A DNA stretch of 64,000 bases from a virus. Below the pieces are notes generated by a model. That model was not told the DNA's origin. It saw only the letters and a list, made by a program, of their open reading frames with translations, and made no database searches. The position numbers and the translations under genes are program-made. The stretch spans positions 1,187 through 65,186 of IMG/VR virus record IMGVR_UViG_3300015251_000001. One strand, written 5' to 3'. The number at the start of each line of letters is the position of its first letter. Within the stretch, counting starts at the first letter, position 1. Of the stretch, positions 9,034-18,402 are shown one piece after another.

Positions 9034-10335
9034 ATGTCAGCTTACACAAACCCATTGCTCGGGGACCTAAGATCCATGGGGGTACTGTTTGCCACCCCTC
9101 CTGCCGGCTCGGCTGGTATGGCTGGCATCGTCTTCGATGGTGGTGGGGTGCCTACCCAGATTCAGGACCTGTCCGGGGGCCTACATGCTTTCCCCGGAGG
9201 CGGGGGTGGCGGCGCATGGGGATCCATCACGGGCACCCTGTCGGCCCAGACGGATCTGCAAACAGCCCTCGACGCGAAGCCCACCATCTTCACCCCGGTG
9301 ACGCTGACCGGGGCGACTACGCTGAATCGTGCGACGCATGGCAATCGACAGATCATTTTCAATGGGGCCAGTGCTACGCTGACCATTGACAGTGATGCGG
9401 CTGGTGGCTGGGTGACCGATGACTTCGCTGAAGTGCACACGGCCACCGGATCCTCAGGGGTCCCCACCCTCGCGACGCCCGATGGCAAAACGGTCACTGG
9501 ATCCGCTACGAAGATTGTGGGAGCCACCAGGAAGGGGACTGATTCCTGGACCGTTGGCACCACTGATCCGGCCGCGGGGGCCGCGGTTTCTCTACCAGAT
9601 CTGTTCGCAGGGCAGGGCTTCATGTACGCCGCCGCTCGTGGCTCAACCGCGCCTATTGGTGTCGGGGCTGGTGGTCAGAGCGCTGTCGGGACCGCGGCAT
9701 CCGGCACCAGCGCCACCGTGGCCGGTTTGAATCGTCCGAACCGGCACCGCATGACCGTGGCTACGGGCGCAGCCAACACAAATGCGTATTGCGGGTCCCC
9801 ATCGGGATCCGAAGCCGTCGTTATACCAACTGCATTGACCGACCTCCCGGCGCGTGGGAGGGGCCTCTTTATCCCCGGGGATGGGACGTCAGCCTGCCGT
9901 ACTTTCTTTGGTCTGAATGCAATCACCCCCGTCACGACGGTAGAGCCAAGCGCATTCACAAATATTGCCGGATTCGGCGCGGATTCTACGGATACGCAGT
10001 TGTTCTTCATCAGCAATGACGCATCCGGCGCCGCCACAAAGATCGCGCTCAATGGCGGCGCCGGCTTCCCTGCCAATTCGGCGCTCGCGGACGTCTATGA
10101 GTGGTATGTCGAGATCCTTGGGGGTGGCACCCGGGTCATTAACTACTACATCAAAAATCTGGTTACCGGGGTTACGGTAACCGGATCCACGACAGTCGCC
10201 AACGACATCCCCGCAGTGGGCACCGCAATGCGGGTGATGCAGTATCGGAATACGGCCGCCAATGCTGTGACCGCCTTCTTTGAATATGGCTCTTATGCCG
10301 GGGGTAATTGGGCCCTGTTCGGGGCGACGTCATGA
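9034..10335 (+). CDS. Virion fibre/decoration protein
   Basis: WGSITGTLSAQTDLQTALDAK fibre motif; Ala/Gly/Thr-rich beta domains; RBS GAGGA. Confidence 0.6.
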   Translation: MSAYTNPLLGDLRSMGVLFATPPAGSAGMAGIVFDGGGVPTQIQDLSGGLHAFPGGGGGGAWGSITGTLSAQTDLQTALDAKPTIFTPVTLTGATTLNRATHGNRQIIFNGASATLTIDSDAAGGWVTDDFAEVHTATGSSGVPTLATPDGKTVTGSATKIVGATRKGTDSWTVGTTDPAAGAAVSLPDLFAGQGFMYAAARGSTAPIGVGAGGQSAVGTAASGTSATVAGLNRPNRHRMTVATGAANTNAYCGSPSGSEAVVIPTALTDLPARGRGLFIPGDGTSACRTFFGLNAITPVTTVEPSAFTNIAGFGADSTDTQLFFISNDASGAATKIALNGGAGFPANSALADVYEWYVEILGGGTRVINYYIKNLVTGVTVTGSTTVANDIPAVGTAMRVMQYRNTAANAVTAFFEYGSYAGGNWALFGATS

Positions 10336-11717
10336 GGATGCGAGAAAGACGGCTCCAAAACCGGGGATCACTTGGGAACCCCTATGCCCTGACCTTCACG
10401 GATACTGATCTTGGGGCCGGCTTCTTTGGCTATTTTGATGTGGCTACGACGGCAGGACGTAGGGTATGGCAGACGGCCGATGCCGCATTCTTTGTCCGGG
10501 CCCGGGGAACGAGCTGCGTGCTTTCGTGCGAATCCGGGGATGTATCCCCCTGGAATGTTAGCGTCGATGGGGGTGCAGATACAACGCCGGTATTCTCGTC
10601 AGGGGCGATCACGCTGTTCACGGGGCTTTCGGATGATTGGCATACCGTTCACGTGCGGCCGGACAATTCGACAATTGGATCCACATACACCCCAACCACA
10701 GGCACGCTGCTATCCGTGACGGGCGGCGCGCCTACCGCTGAAGTGGTGGGGTCCGGCTACTGGCTTAAGGATCCGGCATTTGCTGGGGTTCAGACGTTTG
10801 CCGAAGTGGCGACATACGGCGGAAACTTCCTGCCAACCTATCCTCGCCCGACTGCAAACGGGGGATGGGGGGTTTCTAACGGCTCTGTGGCATTCAAGGC
10901 AAAATTCACTGATCTGTACGCCTTTACTAATGCTCCAGAAGTCTGGTATTCCGTGGATGGCGGGGAATGGACAAGGGTGACCCTTGGCCCTGGTCCTACG
11001 AATCCTGCCGGCCGGGCCAGAGCTTGGAGGAAGCTTACGGGCATTACGGGCAGCCTGTCCACGTTCAAGGAAATCATCCTTTCCGATAGCCCAGTGACTG
11101 CGTCTGATCTGCCGGTTATGGGGCTCCTGCTGACTGGGACCGGGGCCGCCCTCGAGGCGCCAACTGTGGCAAAAACGGCTGTCCATCAAATGGGGGCCTC
11201 CCAGACTTATGGGGCTTCTGCAACGATGGGCTCGGTGGACATCCAGCGTATTCAGGTGGGGATTCCTTCGCTCGCAGCGGGGCAGCATGGCAATTCCGGG
11301 GGAACCATCGCACAAGCCAATGCAGCCTTTGCGGCGTGGGTAGCGAAGATCCCTGTGCCACTGCGGCAGCACGCCTTACTCAGTATTGGGATCAATTCAG
11401 CGGATGACGGAAGCTTCCAGGCGGACTATCAGACGCTGATTAATAACTTCCTCTCGGCCGGATTTACGAAGGTCATTTGTCGGGGGCTGATCCAGGCGGG
11501 GGTCGACAACACGTCGAAGAACACGAAGACCGCTGCGGCCGTGACGGCCATTGGCAATCCAGTCGTCGTGTTTGCGAGCGTCAGTGCCTGGGTGGCCAGC
11601 ACGACCGGTATTCCAGCGGGCTCTATCACAATGCCGGATGGGACCCACCCGAACGATGCCGGGTATGTGACGATGGCCCTTGATGTCATTCGGGATCATT
11701 TGTCGCTGTTGCCTTGA
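10332..11717 (+). CDS. Virion protein with C-terminal SGNH/GDSL hydrolase (esterase) domain
   Basis: Block I GASQTYG, block II GNSGGT, block III SIGINS, block V DGTHPNDAGY. Confidence 0.75.
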   Translation: MRMRERRLQNRGSLGNPYALTFTDTDLGAGFFGYFDVATTAGRRVWQTADAAFFVRARGTSCVLSCESGDVSPWNVSVDGGADTTPVFSSGAITLFTGLSDDWHTVHVRPDNSTIGSTYTPTTGTLLSVTGGAPTAEVVGSGYWLKDPAFAGVQTFAEVATYGGNFLPTYPRPTANGGWGVSNGSVAFKAKFTDLYAFTNAPEVWYSVDGGEWTRVTLGPGPTNPAGRARAWRKLTGITGSLSTFKEIILSDSPVTASDLPVMGLLLTGTGAALEAPTVAKTAVHQMGASQTYGASATMGSVDIQRIQVGIPSLAAGQHGNSGGTIAQANAAFAAWVAKIPVPLRQHALLSIGINSADDGSFQADYQTLINNFLSAGFTKVICRGLIQAGVDNTSKNTKTAAAVTAIGNPVVVFASVSAWVASTTGIPAGSITMPDGTHPNDAGYVTMALDVIRDHLSLLP

Positions 11718-11752
11718 TGGCGACGCAAACCAGAGCCCAGTAAGGAGGCAGC

Positions 11753-13288
11753 ATGTCAATTCGCAGGTTTCTCAAACGCTTCACGCATGACCGTAGCCGG
11801 GAGCCCCCGGAGCTGCAACAGATCCTCACCGTGGAGCAGATCGGCCCCCGACGGAGTTTGACCCCCGAGGGCTTTTTGCTCTGCGAGGCGGTCCCGATTG
11901 CCAGGGTCGGCGTGATGGTCTACGGGCCCGGCGAGGTGCCCATTGAGGTGGGCCCCGATGGGGTGGCCTATGTGACCCGCACGGCTGATGAGCTCTTCCG
12001 GGCTGAATGCCTGGCCAGCTTCGTTGGCAAGCCGGTTGTCGATGAGCACCCCCCGGACGACGTGAATCCCAAGAACTGGGCCAAGCTGGCCAAAGGGGTC
12101 GCTTTCAACCTCCGCCACGGCGAGGGCGAGGATGCGGATGTAATCCTCGCCGACTTGCTGATCACTGATGCACAGATGATCCTGGACATCAATGCCATGA
12201 AGCGGGAAGTATCGGCCGGCTACGAGGCGGATTACGAACAAACAGGGGAAGGACAAGGAGTCCAGACCAACATCATTGGAAATCACATCGCGCTGGTCGA
12301 GAGGGGTCGCTGTGGCCCGCGCTGTGCAATCGGCGACCGTTCTCACTCTACTACATCAAGGAAATCTCAAATGGCAGTGCAAACTCAGAAGGGCCGGCCG
12401 AGCGCCACCCAACCCCAACGGCGCAAGATCGCGCAAGCCACCCTCGACGCTCTGATGGAGCAGCTCGCGGAGCCGGATGCTTCCACCATGGATGACGGCG
12501 AGCTCAGCGGCCCGGCTGACAGCCATACCCACATCCACATCCACGGCATCGGCAGCACGGCTCCGGCCGGCACCACCGGCGTCCAGGATGAAGAAGTGGC
12601 CGGTGCTGCCGAAGTCAAGAGCCCAGCGGGGGACCCCAACGTCGAAGCCCGCTTCGTCTCGTTGGAAAACGGGCAAAAGGAAATCATTGCCCAACTTGCT
12701 GCTCTGACCAAGGCCATCAGCGGGGAGGGTGGCGCTGGCGGCGAGGACCCCAGTGGTGACCCGGAAGGTGAAGCTGATCCCGAGATGGCCAAGGACGAAA
12801 ATCCCTTTGCCAAGAAGGACGACAAGGACGACGACAAGGAAGAGAAGAAGGACCCCAAGGCCAAGACCAACGACAGCGCCGCGCTGGAGACCTCGTACAA
12901 GGGGACCCTGGCCGGCTGCGAAGTGCTGGTGCCAGGCTTCCGGGTGCCAACCTTCGACGCCAAGGCCAAGCGTTCCACCACCATCGATGCGATGTGCAAT
13001 GCCCGCCGTAAGGCCCTGGACGCCTTCAATGCGACCACCGAGGGCCAGCAGATCATCGAGTCCGTTTCGGGGGTCAAAACTGTCGACACGATCGCTTTGG
13101 GCTGCACGCAAGTGGCAACCCTCTTCCAAGCCGCAGTTGGCGCCAAGAAGCTGCTCAACAACGGCAATGCCACGCGCGATGCCAACCGAATGGGTGCCCC
13201 TCAGTTGCCTGGCGCTGCGAAGAAGGGGCCGACGAGCTTGGCCGACCTGAACAAGACCTATCGGGAGTTCTACGCCGCCAAGCATTGA
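11753..13288 (+). CDS. Prohead protease/scaffold (DUF2213-like)
   Basis: TPEGFLLC..VPIARVG, VDEHP, KREVSAGYEADY, NHIALVERGRCG, then an acidic disordered scaffold region. Confidence 0.88.
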   Translation: MSIRRFLKRFTHDRSREPPELQQILTVEQIGPRRSLTPEGFLLCEAVPIARVGVMVYGPGEVPIEVGPDGVAYVTRTADELFRAECLASFVGKPVVDEHPPDDVNPKNWAKLAKGVAFNLRHGEGEDADVILADLLITDAQMILDINAMKREVSAGYEADYEQTGEGQGVQTNIIGNHIALVERGRCGPRCAIGDRSHSTTSRKSQMAVQTQKGRPSATQPQRRKIAQATLDALMEQLAEPDASTMDDGELSGPADSHTHIHIHGIGSTAPAGTTGVQDEEVAGAAEVKSPAGDPNVEARFVSLENGQKEIIAQLAALTKAISGEGGAGGEDPSGDPEGEADPEMAKDENPFAKKDDKDDDKEEKKDPKAKTNDSAALETSYKGTLAGCEVLVPGFRVPTFDAKAKRSTTIDAMCNARRKALDAFNATTEGQQIIESVSGVKTVDTIALGCTQVATLFQAAVGAKKLLNNGNATRDANRMGAPQLPGAAKKGPTSLADLNKTYREFYAAKH

Positions 13289-13337
13289 GCCTGGCCAGGC
13301 TCCCGTCATCAATCCAATTCACAAGGAATACTGAATC

Positions 13338-13931
13338 ATGAAGAAGACCTTCTTGTCCGCCCTCACCGCCGTGGCGCTGGGCACGCCCAAAGTCATCCGT
13401 GCTCGCACTCGTGATGTGGCCTTTACCTACCGCATGGGTGCCGGCTTCGCTGGTGACATCAACCGCACGCATCCCTTCGACTGCGTGGCGGAGCGCCAAG
13501 ATGTGAGCGATCCGATCACGCTCTACGGCAACGGCTGCTTGATGAACACCGTCAACGGCACCGTCCGGGCGGTCATCGCTGCTGATCAGAGCGACTCCGT
13601 GGCAATCAGCCTCTACGGGGTTCTGGTCCGTCCCTACCCAACCCAGCAAGCCAACACCACGCAGGGGCTGGGCAATACAGCACCGCCCATCGCGCCGGCC
13701 ATCCTCGATATCCTGACCGAGGGCTTCATCATGGTCAAGGTCAACGGCACGCCGACCAAGCGGGGTCCCGTTTTCATTTGGACCAGTGCCTCGGCTGGCG
13801 CGCACGTTGTTGGCGGATTCGAATCCGCTGCTGACGCTGGAGACACCGTGCGCGTGCTGAACGCCTACTTCAACGGCCCGCCTGATGCCAATGGCGTGGT
13901 TGAAATGCGGGTCTGGAACCAGGGCATCTAA
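13338..13931 (+). CDS. Capsid decoration/cement protein
   Basis: YRMGAGFAGDINR N-terminus; sits between protease and capsid gene. Confidence 0.7.
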   Translation: MKKTFLSALTAVALGTPKVIRARTRDVAFTYRMGAGFAGDINRTHPFDCVAERQDVSDPITLYGNGCLMNTVNGTVRAVIAADQSDSVAISLYGVLVRPYPTQQANTTQGLGNTAPPIAPAILDILTEGFIMVKVNGTPTKRGPVFIWTSASAGAHVVGGFESAADAGDTVRVLNAYFNGPPDANGVVEMRVWNQGI

Positions 13932-13975
13932 GCCGCAGCGCTTCTCAATCCAATCTACACAAGGAAAGCTGAATC

Positions 13976-15106
13976 ATGAAACTGTTTACTCAGAAGCGCT
14001 CGATCGTCCGTGCCTTCACCCGTGATGGTGCGATGACCTTCGACAGCATCAACCCCCACGGCATCATCGACATGCAGGGCACTGCCAGGGGCAAGGGCTT
14101 CGATCACGCCTACAAAACCCATGATGGCGCGCGTACTGTGGACTCCACAGGCGCGTTCCTGGTGGGCGAGCTGGAGCGACTGGACCAGACCCTCCACATG
14201 CCACTGGCGGCCGTGACCTGGGCACGGGACATCGACCTGCGGGAGGACGTCTCGATTGCTGACGAAGGCTCCAGCTTCACGCTGTCCAATTTCGGCAGTG
14301 CTGGTGGCCTGGGTGCCGGCAATGGCATCCGCAACGGCAAGGCCTGGATTGGCAAGGCCACGGATCAGATCGGTGGGCTGTCGGTCGACATTGGCAAATT
14401 GCTGCAACCCTTGAGGCTCTGGGGCTTGGAGGTCAAGTATTCCATTCCGGAACTGGAAAGTGCCGCCAAGATGGGCCGCCCCATTGATGCGCAGAAGTAC
14501 GAGGCCCTGAAGCTCAAGCACCAGATGGACATCGACGAGCAGGTTTACGTCGGCGATTCCACCACGGGGGATACGGGCTTGGTCAACCACACCCTGGCCA
14601 CGAACGTCAGCAATCTGCCGAACGGCGCCGGGGGCTCCCCGTCCTGGGCACTGAAGACTCCGGCAGAAATCCTCGCCGACGTCAACGCCATCATCACCAG
14701 TGCTTGGGCTGCCAGTGGCTACGCCGTGATGCCGAACAAGCTGCTGATCCCGCCGACCCAATTTGGCTACATCAGTACGCAAGTGATCAGCACGGCCGGC
14801 ACGACGTCCATCCTGAAGTACCTGCTTGAAAACAACATCCTGGTCACGAGCGGCAAGGGCAAGCTGGAGATTCAGCCGGTCAAGTGGCTGTTTGGCGCTG
14901 GCGTGGGCGGCACCATCGGCACCCCTGGCACGGATCGCATGGTGGCCTATTCACAGGCCAAGGACTACATCCGCTACCCGATGACGCTCCTCCAGCGGAC
15001 TCCGGTCCAGTTCGTGTCGATCTACCACGCTTCGACCTACTACTGCCGGCTTGGCGTGACCGAGTTGGTCTACCCGGAAACCATCGCTTACCGGGACGGC
15101 CTGTAA
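13976..15106 (+). CDS. Major capsid protein (DUF2184-like)
   Basis: GAFLVGELERLDQ, YSIPELESA, YVGD...G..GLVNH, P.KLLIPP motifs; 376 aa. Confidence 0.9.
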   Translation: MKLFTQKRSIVRAFTRDGAMTFDSINPHGIIDMQGTARGKGFDHAYKTHDGARTVDSTGAFLVGELERLDQTLHMPLAAVTWARDIDLREDVSIADEGSSFTLSNFGSAGGLGAGNGIRNGKAWIGKATDQIGGLSVDIGKLLQPLRLWGLEVKYSIPELESAAKMGRPIDAQKYEALKLKHQMDIDEQVYVGDSTTGDTGLVNHTLATNVSNLPNGAGGSPSWALKTPAEILADVNAIITSAWAASGYAVMPNKLLIPPTQFGYISTQVISTAGTTSILKYLLENNILVTSGKGKLEIQPVKWLFGAGVGGTIGTPGTDRMVAYSQAKDYIRYPMTLLQRTPVQFVSIYHASTYYCRLGVTELVYPETIAYRDGL

Positions 15107-15134
15107 TTCGCTCGGTGCAGTGAAGTGATGAAAC

Positions 15135-15162
15135 AAGGGGCGCCGGATCCGGCGCCCCTTTC
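15135..15162 (+). terminator. Perfect 26-bp palindrome after the capsid gene, probable terminator
   Basis: AAGGGGCGCCGGATCCGGCGCCCCTT(T). Confidence 0.7.
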
Positions 15163-15181
15163 AACAACCCAGGAGCCTCAG

Positions 15182-15493
15182 ATGGCACGCAACACGATCA
15201 AGACCCAGAGCACCCAGCCGGAGGCCGAGGTGGAAGAAACCCCGACCATTTCTCGGCGGCCCATCAACATGGCGGCGCAGATTGCCTCCCAGACGACTGA
15301 GGTTCAGCAGTCAGTGGAAAGCGGCAAAACAGTCACGGTCCGGATTCCCCGGGATTTCTCGCTGACCCTGGCTGACTTCACCCAGGTTCACTACAAGGTG
15401 GGCGTAGATGAAATGCCGATCGAGCACGCCACCCACTGGTATTCGGTAGCCAGTGGTGTGGAAATCTATGATTCAAAGAAGAGCCGGGAATAA
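15182..15493 (+). CDS. Hypothetical head-associated protein
   Basis: RBS AGGAG; ends G..EMP.EHA.HWY, a pattern common next to DUF2184-type capsid genes. Confidence 0.65.
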   Translation: MARNTIKTQSTQPEAEVEETPTISRRPINMAAQIASQTTEVQQSVESGKTVTVRIPRDFSLTLADFTQVHYKVGVDEMPIEHATHWYSVASGVEIYDSKKSRE

Positions 15494-15516
15494 GCCCGTT
15501 TGATCAGGAGCCCAGT

Positions 15517-15978
15517 ATGGCAATCACGGTAACGATCGCTCAGTTTCGACTGGATTTCACGGAGTTTGCCAGCCTTACGAAGTACCCGGACGCCCAGCTC
15601 ACTTTCTGGCTGACGCTGGGCTCCCTTCTGATCAACGCCGACCGGTGGGGGGACGTGGTCAATTTTGGCGTGGAGCTCTACATGGCCCATAACCTCGCGC
15701 TGGGGGCCATGGCGCAGAAGCAGGGGGCCAGGGGGATCCCTGGGGCAGCTTCGGGGATGCTGAACAGCAAGAGCGTCGACAAGGTCTCGGCTGGATACGA
15801 TACCGGCTCTGTGGCTGAGGAGTTCGGGGGGAACTGGAACCTGACCACCTACGGCCAGCGGCTCTATCGGCTTATGCAGCAATTCGGCGCAGGCCCCCTC
15901 CAAATTGGCGCCGGCCCGGGTTGCGCTCCGGTTTACAACACCTGGCCGGGGCCCGGGGGCTGGAATGGTGGCTGGTAA
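15517..15978 (+). CDS. Head-tail adaptor (DUF4054-like)
   Basis: FRLDFTEF...YPD, LYMAHNL, KSVDKVSAGYD, WNLTTYGQ. Confidence 0.85.
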   Translation: MAITVTIAQFRLDFTEFASLTKYPDAQLTFWLTLGSLLINADRWGDVVNFGVELYMAHNLALGAMAQKQGARGIPGAASGMLNSKSVDKVSAGYDTGSVAEEFGGNWNLTTYGQRLYRLMQQFGAGPLQIGAGPGCAPVYNTWPGPGGWNGGW

Positions 15979-16574
15979 TGGCGACCAAGGGTGGCACTGG
16001 GGTATTCCGGAAGGATTTCAACGGGGGCCCTGAAATGCTTATCAAGGCCATGAAAGAGATGGCCAGCAATGAGGTCCTGGTTGGCTTCCCAGAGGCCTCC
16101 ACGGACCGCAAGATGGATCCCGAAGACGAGGCAGGGAAGGACCTCACAAATGCACAGCTGGGCTACATTCATGACAACGGGGCCCCGGAAGCCAACATCC
16201 CCGCCCGGCCCTTCATGTTGCCCGGCATCGAAGCTGCAAGATCCAAGCTCATCAAGATCGCCAGGAGCACGGGATTAAAGGCCCTTGATTCTGACAATCC
16301 ACAGGAGACCGTCGATCAGGGGCTGCACATGATGGGCTTGGTTGCCCAGGCCTCAATCAGGGGGGTCATCAACGATGGAATCGACCCACCCCTCGCTGAC
16401 CGCACCTTGCGGGAACGGGCAAGACGGGGCCGTAAGGGGGCCCAGGAGGAACTAGACAACCGCGCGAAGGGGCTGCCACAGGGGAAAGAGCTTGCCAAGC
16501 CCCTGATTGACACGGGCCAGCTTCGCAATGCAGTCAATTACGTGATACGACCCAGGAAGAGAAGGAGCAAATAA
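15978..16574 (+). CDS. Neck/tail-completion protein
   Basis: VLVGFP, LGYIHDNGAP..NIPARPF, KPLIDTGQLRNAV. Confidence 0.8.
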   Translation: MATKGGTGVFRKDFNGGPEMLIKAMKEMASNEVLVGFPEASTDRKMDPEDEAGKDLTNAQLGYIHDNGAPEANIPARPFMLPGIEAARSKLIKIARSTGLKALDSDNPQETVDQGLHMMGLVAQASIRGVINDGIDPPLADRTLRERARRGRKGAQEELDNRAKGLPQGKELAKPLIDTGQLRNAVNYVIRPRKRRSK

Positions 16575-16987
16575 TGCCGTGGCTTGACGTTTCTGATATC
16601 GTAGATGACCCGGACCTCGCGGACATTTTTAACGTGATTCAACGGCCCGAAACGGTCGATCCCGCAACGGGGCGTTCCTCCACAGGCAGCGTGGAGAATC
16701 TGGATATCCTTGGCGTTGTGACGATGCAGGACCCTGCGGAACTGATGCGCCGTGATGACAGCGACTCAGCGCCCCGCCTGATCTTCGTTGCTTCCACATT
16801 CCGATTCCGTGCCACGAGCAAGGAAGGCGGGAGCCCCTACAAGGGCGATGTCATCGTCTGGCCCCAGCCCGGGGAAGCGGGCTCCACCGAATATACCGTG
16901 ATCAAGGTCTATCCGTATAGTCGCTACGGCGCCGGTTTTACCGAGGTGGTGGCCCAATCCATGAACGCAACCGATGAGGTGCTGTAA
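16574..16987 (+). CDS. Head-closure/adaptor protein
   Basis: MPWLDVSDIVDDPD start; synteny in the neck module. Confidence 0.65.
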   Translation: MPWLDVSDIVDDPDLADIFNVIQRPETVDPATGRSSTGSVENLDILGVVTMQDPAELMRRDDSDSAPRLIFVASTFRFRATSKEGGSPYKGDVIVWPQPGEAGSTEYTVIKVYPYSRYGAGFTEVVAQSMNATDEVL

Positions 16988-17655
16988 TGGCTGACACCCC
17001 GGTGCTTCTGGGGGGCGGGAATCTCGTCCTTGATGGCCTGCCACCCGTAGTTCTTCCAACGGATGCCAGCTCAGGCGCTGCGGGCTTCTTGGCGCCCTTG
17101 ACGGCCCCAATCTATGACAACCCCCTGGACGACTTCTTTCACGCGTTCCTGGTGGCGTTAAGCACGATCCCTGGGGCGTTGGTGCGCCCCAGGTGGCAGC
17201 CAGAGCCCCCGAACCTGCCCCCCTTCACGACGGATTGGATGGCTTGGGGCATCGTGGATGTGGATGAGGACCGCTTCGCCTACCAGGATCTGGTGGAAAC
17301 TGAATCAGGCGATCAGTTTGTGGTAGAGCGCGACGAGATCCTGACCATGCTCATGAGCTTCTACGGCCCCAGGGCGGGCCAGCTCGGCAAGCAGGTTTCC
17401 GCCTCCATGCAGCTTTCGCAGAATCGGAGTTATCTCCGCACGCAGAACATGACCCTGATAGAGGTCATGGGTCAGGCCAGAGTTCCGGCCCTGCTCAAAG
17501 AGAAGTGGGTGCCCCGGGTGGATCAGCGGGTGCTCTTTCGACGCCGGGCCACGTGGGCATACCAGGTGCACACGATTGAAAGTGCGCAGGCTTCCCTGGA
17601 GAACGAGCACTATTCAACCCCGCTGGTCGTTACCGACCCACCAACAACGCCGTAA
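16987..17655 (+). CDS. Neck/tail terminator protein
   Basis: LVRPRWQPEPP...WMAWG, SFYGP motifs; synteny. Confidence 0.7.
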   Translation: MADTPVLLGGGNLVLDGLPPVVLPTDASSGAAGFLAPLTAPIYDNPLDDFFHAFLVALSTIPGALVRPRWQPEPPNLPPFTTDWMAWGIVDVDEDRFAYQDLVETESGDQFVVERDEILTMLMSFYGPRAGQLGKQVSASMQLSQNRSYLRTQNMTLIEVMGQARVPALLKEKWVPRVDQRVLFRRRATWAYQVHTIESAQASLENEHYSTPLVVTDPPTTP

Positions 17656-17664
17656 AGGAGCTCT

Positions 17665-18399
17665 ATGCCTAGCGTTACAGCAATCATCTTGTCCCGGCAG
17701 CCGCTTTCCAACAAAGCCAAGGCCCTCAAGGTGCCGGATGGGATCAAGGTTCTAAATTTCGTGAGCGAATTCAAGAGTTTCAAGAGCTACCAGCGCTCAT
17801 GGTTCATGGCAGTAGCCCAGGTGCTTACGGAATGGTTCTTCTTCTTGGACGATGACGACGAACTGCCTCCGGGCTTCACCGGGCTTCTGGATCGGATTCT
17901 GGTGCAGGCGGGGACCGCAGCACTCGCCTATACCAACGAGCTGATCATCAACGATGCCGGCATCGCAGTGGAATCCCGGAAGGCCAGCTACTCGCAAGAC
18001 GAGCATGTTCGCAATGCGATGCTCTGCCATCACCTGGTACTTGGCCGGACAGATGCCGCAAAGCGGGCAATGGAGGTCTGCCCCAGGGGCGATTTCACCC
18101 CAGAGCCCATGGTCTATTTCCAAATGGCAAAGGAGGGGGCCGTTTGGGTGGACGAGATCGGCTACCACTGGTATCGGGGCGCCGGTGGGATGAATCGCTG
18201 GGTCTCGGCACTCGCGGCTCAAGGTGCTGCCCGGCGCTGGTGTGCTGCAAACCGGGAACTCTCCTCGCCCACAGAAGCGCCACCCGAATTGGTGAAGCTG
18301 GAAGCACCACCGCCCCCACAGATGGATCCCGGGCTTGCTCCTCATCGGCCCGTAAAGAAGACGGCTCCCAGGAAAACTAATCGCAGGGTAAAGGGGTAA
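17665..18399 (+). CDS. GT2-like (GT-A fold) glycosyltransferase-like protein
   Basis: VTAII N-terminal strand, TEWFFFLDDDD DxD motif, EP...Y.W.RG..GM C-terminal pattern; RBS AAGGAG. Confidence 0.55.
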   Translation: MPSVTAIILSRQPLSNKAKALKVPDGIKVLNFVSEFKSFKSYQRSWFMAVAQVLTEWFFFLDDDDELPPGFTGLLDRILVQAGTAALAYTNELIINDAGIAVESRKASYSQDEHVRNAMLCHHLVLGRTDAAKRAMEVCPRGDFTPEPMVYFQMAKEGAVWVDEIGYHWYRGAGGMNRWVSALAAQGAARRWCAANRELSSPTEAPPELVKLEAPPPPQMDPGLAPHRPVKKTAPRKTNRRVKG

Positions 18400-18402
18400 C
18401 TC

